Shown piece after piece: positions 50,926 to 63,095 of a stretch of 64,000 nucleotides of DNA. Position 1 is the stretch's first letter; every line of letters begins with the position of its first letter. The DNA is taken from assembly GCF_004010195.1 (NCBI RefSeq), contig NC_057728.1, forward strand, positions 42,078,844 through 42,142,843, written 5' to 3'. Source of the stretch: Chiloscyllium plagiosum (taxonomy: Eukaryota). The notes beneath the pieces are model-generated. The model had not been told where the DNA came from. It made no database searches and saw only the letters and a program-made list of their open reading frames with translations. The position numbers and the translations under genes are program-made.

Positions 50926-53736
50926 TCTTATTTCTGGATTATTAGTCCAATAAAATAACCACATGATAAATACACTATTAGATGAAGTGTAGGGGGAAGA
51001 GACTTCTCAATAGAGAATCAATTCCAGCGCAGACCAGTTGGGAAAAATAGTGTGTTTCATACTTAATTGGAAGGATAGCAATGATACGTCATTGCACTAT
51101 CCGAATAGCTAAAAGATTAAGGCTCTAATGTTCAATTATCAGACTTGTTAGGATTTGACGCTGGATCTGCCAGAAGAAATTGACCCAAAGACCATGCAAA
51201 TTGGTGTTAGGGCCTCAACTCCAGTGTTGGCAGTCCAAAAATACTTTAAGTTATTCAAAAAGCTCAGTCCAAGTTATTTTAATTCAGTGAAGTGTGCCGA
51301 TGATAAAACACTTGCTTTGGGTGTTTTGTTTTTGGGTGGCAGTTCATTGCTCTTCTTCTTACCTGGGGAAATTCCCTTCAAAATACTGACCTCTTCTTTG
51401 AAACAAAGCATTTGAAATCTGGGATCTTGCACATTCTGCCATGCCTGTAATTGTGTAGCATCTTTTCTGAGTTACTTCAGCCAAAAATGCACCTTCCCTT
51501 TAAAGGGGTGCAACCTGCCTTTAAGGGGTTTAAACCACATATGAAAATCACCCATCCACACCAAACTACCAATGTTAAGCACAAATACTGCTGTAAGCCT
51601 ACTTGTTTTGTTTACTAAATGAAGAACACAAATTTAGGGTCTTCTTTTGGTCATGTGATTGGCCATCCATTTTGCACATGAATGTTCACATGGCAATTCC
51701 TGTCTCATTAGTGTGCATATATGTTAATGTTCCAGCATACAATATATTCAGAAAATGAAAAAAAGCATTTAGTTTAATCTTTATTACTCCCAGTGTTTCT
51801 GAAATAAGTCACTTTTGGACAAGTGAACCAAAATGTCTTGTTTCCATTCTTATAAGAAAATATATAAATAGAAAACTATTTAAAGGAATACATCTCAATA
51901 TCTATTTTAGAATTGGATTAAAGATTCCAGCGTTATGTAGGAATGTACTACCATACTCAAATTGAATAAGACAGAACTTTAATTTATGTTGTGCTTCATC
52001 ACATCCACTGGATCTTCTAACCGTACAACCGAGGAATATGGCAGCCATATTTCCAACATGTACAGCAAATGAATGAACTGGCAGATAAATAGTTTTTGAC
52101 TTTATTTAATGAGGAAAGAATGTTGGCCAATATGTGAGGAAAATCCCTTCCTTTTCTATGTTGCACTGTGGGATTTTCCACATCCACCTGAAAAACCATG
52201 TGGGACCTCAATTTGACATCTCATACAAACAACAGCATTTCAAATAATGCAGTCCTCTCTCAGCAACACCCTGGGGTATCAATGTGATTAAATACTCAAA
52301 TCTATAATGCCACTTGTATCGCAAATTTCAAGCTCCAGAAGCTATAGTACTACTAACTCAACCAAGCTGGTGATGGATTGAATTTTTTTCTTTGTTCTTT
52401 AGCTAAATAGCCTACATGTGCACCACAGGTAGTTCAAAGGAGTAATTACTTGAATTAATACTGAACACTTGCTTTGAAAAAAAATAATAGTTTGAGGTTT
52501 CTGATGCCTAAGCATCTGTGTTTGTAAAACAAGAAAAACTAATGTCCAAGTCAGGCCCCTTCAATTTTACTATAAGAGAATGTTTTGAATGTTCAAACAT
52601 GACATTTTGTTCCTGTGCCAGAAACTTTATTAATATTCCTTTACCACAGTATATGTACAGAATTGTTTGAATTCCATTGTTCTTTTGGGAGTATTCTTTT
52701 GTGCAATCAGGTGTTTCAGAATAATAGCATGTATTTGCAGCTGTGTCATGTTATTTTTCTTCTGCAGTGAATTATTTTGTTTACTTTGACGATAGAAAAA
52801 TATGCATGGATATGAAGTAAGAATACTTCCCATGATAAAAGACTGCCAACATTTATTAAATTTAACTAAATATCATGCAGATATACCAGCAAAATATCAC
52901 GCTGCTAACTGAATCCTTATTCTCAGTCTGATTGAAGAAACATCAGATAACTTCCTCTCCCTCCCCCATATTCCACTTGCGTGCATTACAAGTAAAATAT
53001 TTATGTCTAATGAATCCTTCTCACATCACCTTTAATCTGTTACACGCAAAATCCATTTTATGGGAACCAGTCTAAACATAATGTCTGGTAATCCTTCAAC
53101 CTTAAACTGTTGAAAATCTTAGGAAAGCATGTCACCACACATGCACAACATCTGTTGTGTCCAATATTGTCTTAGTATGAGGCCGTTGATATACATTTTA
53201 TAAGCATAAAACATAAAATTGGAAAGGTTTTACCATTGGGCTGAACTTGACATGGTTATAGAAAAATTGTAAATGCATACCCATGCTATCTTTAGATATA
53301 TCTTTAGATAATCAAAACTGGACCAAAAGGTTATAGTTTTTGAAGGTTATAATATAAATGCCTGACAATATCAACAAATTAATCATGCTGAGGACTAACA
53401 AATCGGTTGATGAAATGTATTTACTGTTTTGTAAGATGTATGATTCATCTATATTTTAATATTTATGTTAAAATTTGAATTTTGAGTTTTTGGCATGTAG
53501 ATTTGGGTCAGAAGGGTTTAATGATTAACTTGTAAATACTTATGTTACCATGCTGATTTCTTTTAAAAAGCAGAATGGCAGGGGGAGTTCCTGCTGTAAA
53601 ACAGTTGCTTCTGAAAAAGGAAGATAGTTTAGAACTACAAAGAAGCTCCAGATCAGAAGTTTTGGTTAAAGTCCTAAAAAGGTGATTTGAAACCAAGAAA
53701 GTCTGCACTCAGTTGTATGAATGCTCAAGGAAAGGG

Positions 53737-54052
53737 CAGCACAGTGCCAGGGACCTGGGTTCAATTCCACCCTTGGGCGACTGTCTGTGTGGAGTATGCA
53801 CATGTCTGCGTGGGTTTCCTCTGGGTGCTCTGGTTTCCTCCCACAGTCCAAGGGGTTGTGTAGGTTAGTTGGATTGACCATGCTAAATTGTCCATAGTGT
53901 TCAGGGATGTGTAAATTAGGTGGATTAGCCATTGGAAATGCAGGGTTACAGAAATAAGATAGGCAGATAGGTCTGGGAGGGATGCTCTTCGGAGAGTCGG
54001 TGTGGACTTGTTGGTCCGAATGGCCTGTTTCCACACTGTGGAGATGCTATGA
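53737..54052 (+). mobile_element. HE1/V-SINE-like SINE (5' truncated)
   Basis: V-domain and GGACTTGTTGGTCCGAATGGCCTGTTTCCACACTG tail. Confidence 0.8.
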
Positions 54053-54229
54053 GAGGGATATTAGAATCTCATGATGTGGAATTGAAGTCATGGTTAAATT
54101 AAGCCTTATTATTATGAAAGAGAAGGGAATTCTCTCTAGTATGAGTACTGTAAAAGAGTGCATTTGGAATTAATTGGAATGCAATTTCCCGCATGTTTCT
54201 AAATTTTAAAACTTCGTTAAATGTAAACA

Positions 54230-54842
54230 CAGAGGAACCTCGATTATCCAAATACCAATTATCTGAAAATCGGATTATCCAAAAGAGATCTCGAGGTCCC
54301 AATGGAAACATTATATCAAAGACGCGTCAGTGATCATTTCTTTCGTTGACAGTGATTAAACAGGCATTGTCTCCAAATGACTGACTGCCCGCCCTCTCTC
54401 TCTCCCCACACAAGTTCCACAGAGGGGTGTACTCTAAACCCCCCTTCCCCAAATAATCTCTCCAACATTGTCCTGTGCAGGGTAAAGGTGGAACCTGTCA
54501 AAATGTGGCTGTGTGTGTGTGCGCTTTTTGGAGACTTACCCCACAAAGGCAACTGCAACAGTCTTGTTGTTGGTGTCCAGTCTGGCTGCCCCGGAGAGGG
54601 GGCAGGTGTGTATGGGGTTGGGGGCAGTGTCGGGGTTGGGGGCGGGGAAGGTGTTGGACAGTTGGTGGGGGCAGAGCTGGGGGTGCCTTGCACGCTATGT
54701 GCTGCTGCACTCTCCTGAACGAGGAGCAGACTTTAAAAACTCTGAGCCTGAGAGGAAAGGCATTTAATCAATTAACTGAATAATCGATTATCCGAACAAA
54801 ATAGTGCCCGCCCATCGCATTCGGATAATCGAGGTTCCCCTG
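54230..54842. mobile_element. Tc1/mariner (pogo/Tigger-like) non-autonomous element
   Basis: TIRs CAGAGGAACCTCGATTATCC and GGATAATCGAGGTTCCCCTG, followed by TA (left flank is CA). Subterminal ATTATCC repeats; GC-rich interior; no transposase. Confidence 0.8.
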
Positions 54843-56240
54843 TAGTTTGCTTTATTTTGTTTTATGTTAATTTCTTTTGTGTAATAAATTTCATTTTTAA
54901 TTGTTACAACCGAACATATAACATTGTGTTTGTGTTTCAGAGAAAGACCACCATATTAACCAAAACAAAGATCTCACATTTCAGATTTCCTAGCTAATTT
55001 GTTTGTGTTTGGAATTTCGCATTTCTATACAATGCCGATAACTTTAGATTCCCTTGGCCAACAAATATCTACCTACCTCTGTCTTAAAAATGAACCATGA
55101 CACTCCATCTATTGGGTTCTGTGGTCGAAAGGTTGAAAGTCACTCACTTCGAGAGAAAACAATGTTTCCTCATTTCTGTCCATAATTTTTAAAAACATAC
55201 CTCTAGTTCTAGACTCACCCAGAAGAGAAAACATCATTCAATCACACCATCTCTCATTACTCTAAACTCCAAAAAAACAATTCCAGTCTGTCAAATGTTT
55301 CTTCATTCTAAGTATTAATTTAGAAGACGCAAAATACTACAGATGATGGAAACCTGAAATAAGAAGAATAAATGCTAGAGAAACTTATTGGTTTCAGAAT
55401 GTATGTGAAGAGAGAGAAAGAGTTAACATTTGAGTCTGATATGACTTTGTTGCTGCTGACAAAGGCTGGAAAATTGAGGTTTTTTTTAATGCTGTTGACA
55501 GTGTGAAGGAGGAAAGAGTGGAATTGATCTTGAGGGTGCCCAGGACAAAAGACAAAATTAGTGTTATTGGTATTAAAGAAAAAGATAGAGATGTGAAATA
55601 AGTGTAAACAGTAGGAATGAGGAGGGGGAAATGGGTCCTGTCTGCTGAGAGCAAAGCCACAAAGGCACAAACAAGAAACAGATAGATTGAGACTGGGGTT
55701 TTGTAATCAAAATGCAGGACAGCGCCATGCTCTGCATTTCTCCAACATTTTCTCTTTTCACATAAATTAAATAACCATGATCTGAGACACCTCCAATACA
55801 TTTACATCCTTCCTGGAGACTAAAACTGCACATAATAATTATGTATGGTCTCCCCATATATTAGAAGTGTAATATTAGAGCTTATGTTCAGCTCCTCTTG
55901 TAAGAAATTTTCATTAGCCTTCTTAATTGCTTGCAGCATGTAATTAACATCTACTGACCCATGCACGAGAACATCAAGATCTCTCAGCACCTTGGAATTC
56001 TACAGTTGTTCTCTGTTTAGGTGATATTCTGCAACATTTTAACAATTTCATATTTCAATGCATTATAGCACCACAATATATGAGTAGAGTTTGGTGATTT
56101 GCCCCATTGAGTCTGTTCCACTATTTGATCATGGTTGTTACGTTTCTCAACTCCATTCACTATTGATATCCTTCAACTGTAAGATATTTACTGACTCACT
56201 AAATTTAACTATATCCTTCTGCAAACTCCTTATCTCCCCT

Positions 56241-56372
56241 TCATACATTGTATCATTGTATCTTTCCTCACCATTCTTAACAAACTCTCTCACCTATCTT
56301 TCAGTCATACATTGTATCATTGTATCTTTCCTCACCATTCTTAACAAACTCTCTCACCTATCTTCCAGTCAT
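56241..56372. repeat. Tandem duplication, 64-bp unit x2, in old CR1-like sequence
   Basis: TCATACATTGTATCATTGTATCTTTCCTCACCATTCTTAACAAACTCTCTCACCTATCTT starts at 56241 and again at 56305. Confidence 0.92.
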
Positions 56373-57707
56373 CTGCAAAGTTAGCTACCATATCTTCTTT
56401 CTCCTTACCCAAGTCATTGTACAAAATTTCAGCCCCAGCACTGACACCCAGAGGACCCGACTTGTCATGTGCTGCCAGTCAAAAAAAAGATCTATTTATT
56501 CATGCTCTCTGTTTTCTGCCAGCCAGCCAATCTTCCGCCTTGCTCATTTTTATGCCATGTGCTTCAGCTTTGCACAATAACCTTTTATGTGGCACCTCAA
56601 CAATGCTTTCTAGAAATCTAAATACAGTATGTCTACAATCTTTATCTTATTCATAATATTGCTGCATGAAATTTAGTTCATTTGTGTATTCCTATATCTC
56701 AAATCACTGATTTTCCTAAACTGGATAAACTGCAGGTGACTTGCGTTCCAATATGTAAAACATCTAGAATCGTGTAAATCAAAGAAGTGAAACTGATTTC
56801 AGTCAATTTAATGACATATTAATTTCTGTTCAGATAGGATCTTGTTTATTGATAAGTTCATGAACTGGCTCAATCTCAAGTCAGGTGATCATTGAAGCTA
56901 TGTAAGGACTTGGCTTTCCTTCTTTTAAAATCTATTTTGGTTCATGAAGAATCCCAGGTATTAAAAATCAGGTATTGGGTCAAAGAATGAAATAACATTT
57001 TTATCATCGTCAAAGGCCTCCTTTTGCTCTCAGTTGAGTAGCATGAGACTGTGAGAGATCTGCAGCTGAGTACATTTAAGGGCTGATCAGGGTAGATCAT
57101 CAAGTAGAGTAGACCTTTGATACAGTTTGTAATTCCCTTGAACAGAAATTATGTTCTCTGTTAATCATTTTTACTGGGTTGCCCATTTTCTGAGCCCTTT
57201 GCTATCCTTCATGGATACTGATATGTTTCTAGTCAGAAACGTATTGTCACACACTTTAGACTGCAGCAGGAGCACATTCCACATGCTTCTCTGGGATTAG
57301 AATATTTCCATGTCTTTCTCTCTCTTTTGCTTTCTGATGAGGATGAAGAACTTTTAATGTTCACCTTGATTGCTTTACAACAATGTGCTAAGGATGTAAG
57401 GAATTCGAATTAGAATTAGATTTATTGTCACATGTACTCACATGACAGCAGTGAAAAGTTTACGAAGTTGCCACTTACAGCGCCATTTTAAGTACAAAGG
57501 TACCTAGGTACAGGATCTGAGGAATAAATGAGAAAAATAAAGAAATAAAAAGTTCAGCATTACGGTCCTTCGTGCCATCTTATGTACAAGGTACCTAGGT
57601 AAGAATCCTTTCAAAGATATTCCATTGAAATTTTTCAATGTTTCTGTGATTAACAATTTCACATTCAGTTTCTATCTCTCCCTGCAAGTTTTCTGTTTTT
57701 TTTGTAG

Positions 57708-58310
57708 GTGACACCTGTCCAACTGTATTTAGTATTTAGTAGTATTTAGTGAAGAACAACATCTTAATGTCTGTGCACCTGACCACAAGCAATCGAGATG
57801 TAAACAGGAAGGCTATTCTGGAAGAACATGTGTATGAAACAGATGTATTGACAGAGTGCTCCATCTGCAGCCTTGCCAAAGATATCACACAGTTCACCAG
57901 CTTTTATCATTTCCATATGGACATAGCATCAGTTTATTGTTGGTCAGATTGTCCAGACCCATCTATGATACAATTGAAGTCACCACCATGAATGACCAGT
58001 TTGAACATCGTAAACAAAAGTGGGAACTTCTGGAAGAAGCCCAACCACTCATTCTTTGGAATTGCAGCCCATACACTGATTAACTGGAGTTTAATGCTTT
58101 TGGCAATTATGTTTGCTATTTGGAGGCAACTGCCCTTAACTTCTGCCTTCAGCTTACGTGGTGAGAAAGCATAGAATCCCGACTTAGGTCACTGTTAAAA
58201 TAATGGCAGAAGTTAATGTCTTCTGCTCGTATGAAAAAAGATTTATTAGCTTTATGCAGTTTCTCTTGCTGCATCCAGAAGAATGGATTAAAAGGGAAAG
58301 ATGGCATGAG
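57708..58310 (+). pseudogene. Candidate decayed exon of an unidentified gene
   Basis: Strong acceptor (TTTTCTGTTTTTTTTGTAG) and donor (GAG|GTAAGG). One frame has only 4 stops over about 187 codons. No homologue recognised. Confidence 0.25.
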
Positions 58311-60836
58311 GTAAGGTTGGACATTGGTGGTGTATCCGCTGATCACCTTCAACTGCCTATCTGCCCAGCTTCCATTGGAAATGGACTATTAATTGCAAAA
58401 CCATAGTAAGAAAATAGATAACAAAGATAAAATAAATTTAGCTTTTATCATTTACTTAGCAAAATGTTATCTTGCTTATGGTATTAAAATATAAGTGAAT
58501 GCATCATTAACCTATGATTTATTCATTTACCATCCAATGACAATAAATAGATCATAGATATTGCCCTACGTTTACACTTACAAATCCAATATTTTAAAAC
58601 TTGTACGTATGTTATTAATAATACAATAACCACCCATTTTGCTGATTTTATTTGATTTTGTGTATTCCCTTCTGGTGACTATTTCTGTGATCATAAATTG
58701 TTTGCAATCTTTAACATTCTAATTTTCTATTAGATGACTTATGAACAAAAATCATATTTATTGCACTATAGTCAGCTCTTTTTATTTCCTTGTATATTTT
58801 CTGTGCAGTTTCAGATAATAACAAACATATGCTAATTTCTCTTTGGGTTAAGTACCCATTTGTACATTGCATACTTGCAAATTTTCTGCCTTGCTTGAAT
58901 CATTTTGTTGAATCTGTGTTACGTATGCACATGGTTGACTGAAATTGAGTATTATCAAAATAGTGATATTTGCAACTGAACAGATAAAGATACACCAACT
59001 GAAATGTTGAAAATGGAAATAAAAACTACCAGTTAAGAATTAGGTAGACAAGCAGGACACATAAACACAATCAGGGCAGCCAACTAAATTTTTCTGAATT
59101 TTTTCCAGAAAATCTTTCAGCTTCCTTTTGTTTTTCCCATTAAGTTGACAACAAGATGAAGACATAAAAATTGAACTTTTGGAAAGAAAAGCCTATGCCT
59201 GTCTGTGAAGTTTATGTCTGAGTTCTTGGAGTTTCTAAAGCCAAGTGTCTGAGTTGAAAAGACTGAACAAAGTTGCAGGCTACAACTTTGGCATGCATTT
59301 ATATCTATGCATTCCAGATTTTTTCAATGATGAACAACAAAGCTTGCTGCCTGTTTATTCAAGCAGCTAAAAGTGGAAGATGGATCCATGTGGAAAGTCA
59401 ATGGATAAGTCACCTGTGTAATTTTAACTGCCTTTCTGCCTGCCAGATTTATGCCAGTTGGGTAAAGTGAAAATTGCCCTTTAGATTTGACAAATAAATA
59501 AATGGCTTATTTATGAAATTGATGTTTTTTGAAGCGGTTATACTTTTAATCATTCTGTTGCAGTGGCAAATACATCCAATTCTCTCAATTATTGTCCTTA
59601 ACTTTTCTCAAGAATATTAATCTGACAACATTATTTAATTTTAATGCATTTTAAATGATTAATTTAGTTACTTTTTTTATTTATGGCTATTTCAGAACTC
59701 AGAACCATTAGCAAAGAATGATAAACAGTGGAAATTCTGGAAGGATTGGATTGCTCTTCTATTTTGCAGGAAATTCTACAGTACATTGTTAATGATGGAA
59801 ATATGTAAACTAGATTATTTTTCTTAGCATTATGTTGTTTAACTTTAAAGGGCTTGATTTCTCTGATGTTATGGAGCTATGTTTTGAAGTGTAATGGAAG
59901 AGATGAGCAATTTTAGCTTCAACTTGATTTTTCTGGAAACATCAAAGCTGCAAAGTTTCTAAGCTACAAACTTCTTTCCAAACAGAACATAGACATATAA
60001 CATAGAAGAAAACAGCACAGGAATGGGTCATTTGTGCTGGACATGATGCCAAATTAAGCTAAAGCCTTCTGCCTGCCCTTGGTCCATCTCCCTCTATTTC
60101 TTGCATAGTCATGTGTTTCTCCAAATGCCCCTTAAGTGCTCCTATCATATCTGCTTCTACCACCACCCAGGCAACGCATTCCAGACACCTATCACTCTGT
60201 GTAAAAAAACTTGCGCCTTACAACTCCCCACATATTTAACTAAAAATGTCAACATTTCACATATTTTGTAATGTTTTACCTTTGGTTAACACCACAGGAA
60301 ATCTGCACATTCAAATCTAATAATCAAATTTGACCCCATTTAATGCAACATCCATCTTAGTTAAAGACTGTGCAAGGAGCAGAATCTGGCAAATCATTAA
60401 GGGGCAGATTGACAATACAATTAGCCTGGTTCATTCTCAAAGACATTGGAAGCCACGTCATGGATAATGTTTCCTGTAACAAACTTCCTAAGCAGTAATC
60501 AACAGGAGTAAACAAGTCATTCCTGAGAATTTTGAATGGAACTTAAAGATGTATTGTCTTGTGCTGTTCGCTTGCTGCTGGAGACTTGAGCACGATTTTT
60601 GGAGCACATCAGGAGACTTTCTGGGACCACACTAACTCTCTACCAACTGTTTTTTGGAAATTCTCTGGGGACTTCCCCCATAAATGCTTCATTAGATATC
60701 CCAGGAGAAAGAGTGTTCTTGGTCACTGGCATTTTGTTAGCAGCACCCTTTGTTTGCAAGAGAATTGTGAGGAGGAGGTGAAGGCAGGCAACAGTTGTTG
60801 CAAGAGAAAAGGACAAGAGAATACGGTGGGTTGCTT

Positions 60837-61061
60837 AAAAGCAAATTACTGCGGATGCTGGAATCTGAAACCAAAAGAGAAAATGCTGGAAAATCTCAGC
60901 AGGTCTGGCAGCATCTATAAGGAGAGAAAAGAGCTGACGTTTCGAGTCTAACTGACCCTTTGTCAAAGCTGACAAAGGGTCAGTTAGAATCGAAACGTCA
61001 GCTCTTTTCTCTCCTTACAGATGCTGCCAGAGCTGCTGAGATTTTCCAGCATTTTTTCTCT
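60837..61061. mobile_element. Penelope-like palindromic element, family D
   Basis: Inverted arms plus tail; 15-bp TSD TACGGTGGGTTGCTT at 60822-60836 and 61062-61076. Hammerhead core decayed to (C/U)UGACAA. Confidence 0.85.
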
Positions 61062-61319
61062 TACGGTGGGTTGCTTTCCCACTATGGAAACAGAACATCC
61101 TACCTTTTCTTGTCTTCCTCTATCAATGCTAGGCCATGCTCAAGAGAATTAGCAAGAGGCAGGAAGTGAAGCACTTTTGGCTGTGTGCCATTCTCAAACT
61201 GATACTCAGCATTAGAGACTACTGTGAAAGACAACACCTTAAAGGAATGCAGTTTAGACCATGACACAAATTGTTCACGGATTGCCTGTGAGTTTTTATT
61301 GAGTTGGGAGTGAAACAAA

Positions 61320-63080
61320 AGGGATGAATACTGTTGTTATAAGACATTCCATAGTTAGAGGAATACATGGATATTTCTGTAACTGTCAATCTGAATCCTG
61401 TATGGTGTGTTGCCTCTCTGGTGCCAAACTAAAGGACATCGCTAAGAGCTAGTAGAATAATCTACAGAAGGAAGGGTGTAAGTCAGATTTGTGTTACAAG
61501 CTAGTATTAATGATGCAGAGAGGACAGGTATTGAGGTTCTACAGACAGACTTTCAGCCGCTCCGGACAATGTAAAGATATTGAAAATAGTTATTACAGGA
61601 TTACACCATGCAACATGACTTGGAGGTGCTGGTGTTGGACTGGGGTGGACAAAGTTAAAAATCACACAACATCAGGTTATAGTCCAACAGGTTTATTTTG
61701 AAACATTAGCTTTCGAAGTGCTGCTTCTTCCTCAGGTGGTTGTGGAGAATAAGATAATAAGACGCAGAAATTATATCCAAAAGAATACAGTGTCATGGAG
61801 ATGTGATGATTCATTAAACAATTTTAGATCAAGTCTTTCATCCCATTCTAAAAGATGAAAGACTTGATCTAAAATTGTTTGATGTATCATCATATCTCCA
61901 TGACACTGCACTCATTTGGCTTAAATTTCTGTGTCTTATTATCTTATTCTCCACAACCACCTGAGGAAGAAGCAGCACTTCGAAAACTAGTGTTTCCAAA
62001 TAAACCTGTTGGACTACAACTTGGTGTAGTGTGATTTTTAACTTTGTCAACCCCATGCAACATAGTAACAAGAATAGAAATAAGCTAATAAGGAGGATTG
62101 TGTTTAGCTTGAGGCAGGATACAGAAATGAGGGTCTCAGATTTTTTGTGCTTCTGGGCCAGAAGTGAGTTTGCAATGCAGGAGAATGGGGATCAATAGTC
62201 TTGTGATGAAGGACCCTCATTTGTCGGACAGGGTACAAACTAGGGAGAAAGATAGAGGAGTAAGTCTCCGTGAAAGTGATGTGCAAGAATTTTGGAGAGT
62301 TGATAATGTGGGACTTTAGCTACTCCAATATCAATCAGCTTATGTTACAGTAAAGTGGAAAGAAGTGGAGGAATTTCTGAAAATATTTAGCAGTACTTAG
62401 TAAATAGAATGTCTTCAGTCCAACGAAGAAGGATGACTTGCTGGATCTAATGTTATGGAATGAGGTGAGACAAGTATGTGTGGGGAAACATTTTGGTTAG
62501 TGTTTCATAAGTTTCATAACCTCATCATAAGTTTGGATGGGAACAGAGCAGAGCAAGGAACAATCTAAAACAGAACATGAAATTGGAAGAGGACTAACAT
62601 CAATGGGGTAAGAAGGAATCTAGATAAGGTGAAATGGAACCAAAGTGTGACAAGAGAAACTGTAAGAGAACAATAGGTGATCTTTAGGGAAAAGACGAGT
62701 AAGCTATAGGCTAGCTTTAAGCTAACATGTACAGGAAACCAAACTCAAGGTTCTTTTGATGATGTGATGAATTTGAAGATGCATATCTGCTGAATTCTTC
62801 AACTGGGAATCAACCCAAATGTTGGGATTGTAAGTGAAGAGGAAATTAAAACTGGCAAAGAAAATATGAATAAAATAGAATCTTGCATCGACATATAAGT
62901 AATAACCGATTAGTAAGTACAAGTACCAATAGAAGTGGAGGAGGTGGAGTTAATGGATGGAGTGGAACTAGTGGGGGTGAGATAGTCAAAGAGCTTGGTG
63001 AAAGTTTCCAGTCCCCCCAATATATGATGGATATGCCAGAGGATTGGAAATACAAGACCTTGCTTCAAGACAAGACATAA
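61320..63080 (+). mobile_element. Highly degenerate CR1 (ORF1 esterase and EN remnants)
   Basis: SIVRG and VCCLSGA-like ORF1 remnants near 61330-61430; GDFSY.NI and LLDL...NE EN remnants near 62310-62465. Confidence 0.55.
61617..62052. mobile_element. Penelope-like palindromic element, family B, hammerhead motifs on both strands
   Basis: Inverted arms of about 200 bp (61641-61841 and 61854-62056), 24-nt tail, 11-bp TSD CCATGCAACAT at 61606-61616 and 62053-62063. Confidence 0.85.
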
Positions 63081-63095
63081 GGACATTCCTAGTCA

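Noticed and set aside
57708..59461. Argument that the stops in the candidate pseudogene arose by C-to-T from CAA/CAG/CGA
   Set aside because: Every stop codon is one C-to-T change from these codons, so this carries no evidential weight.
13479..62052. CRISPR arrays, terminators or classical MITEs as explanations for the palindromes
   Set aside because: Eukaryotic context, no repeat-spacer periodicity, and asymmetric ends with variable 11-17 bp TSDs do not fit DNA-transposon MITEs.
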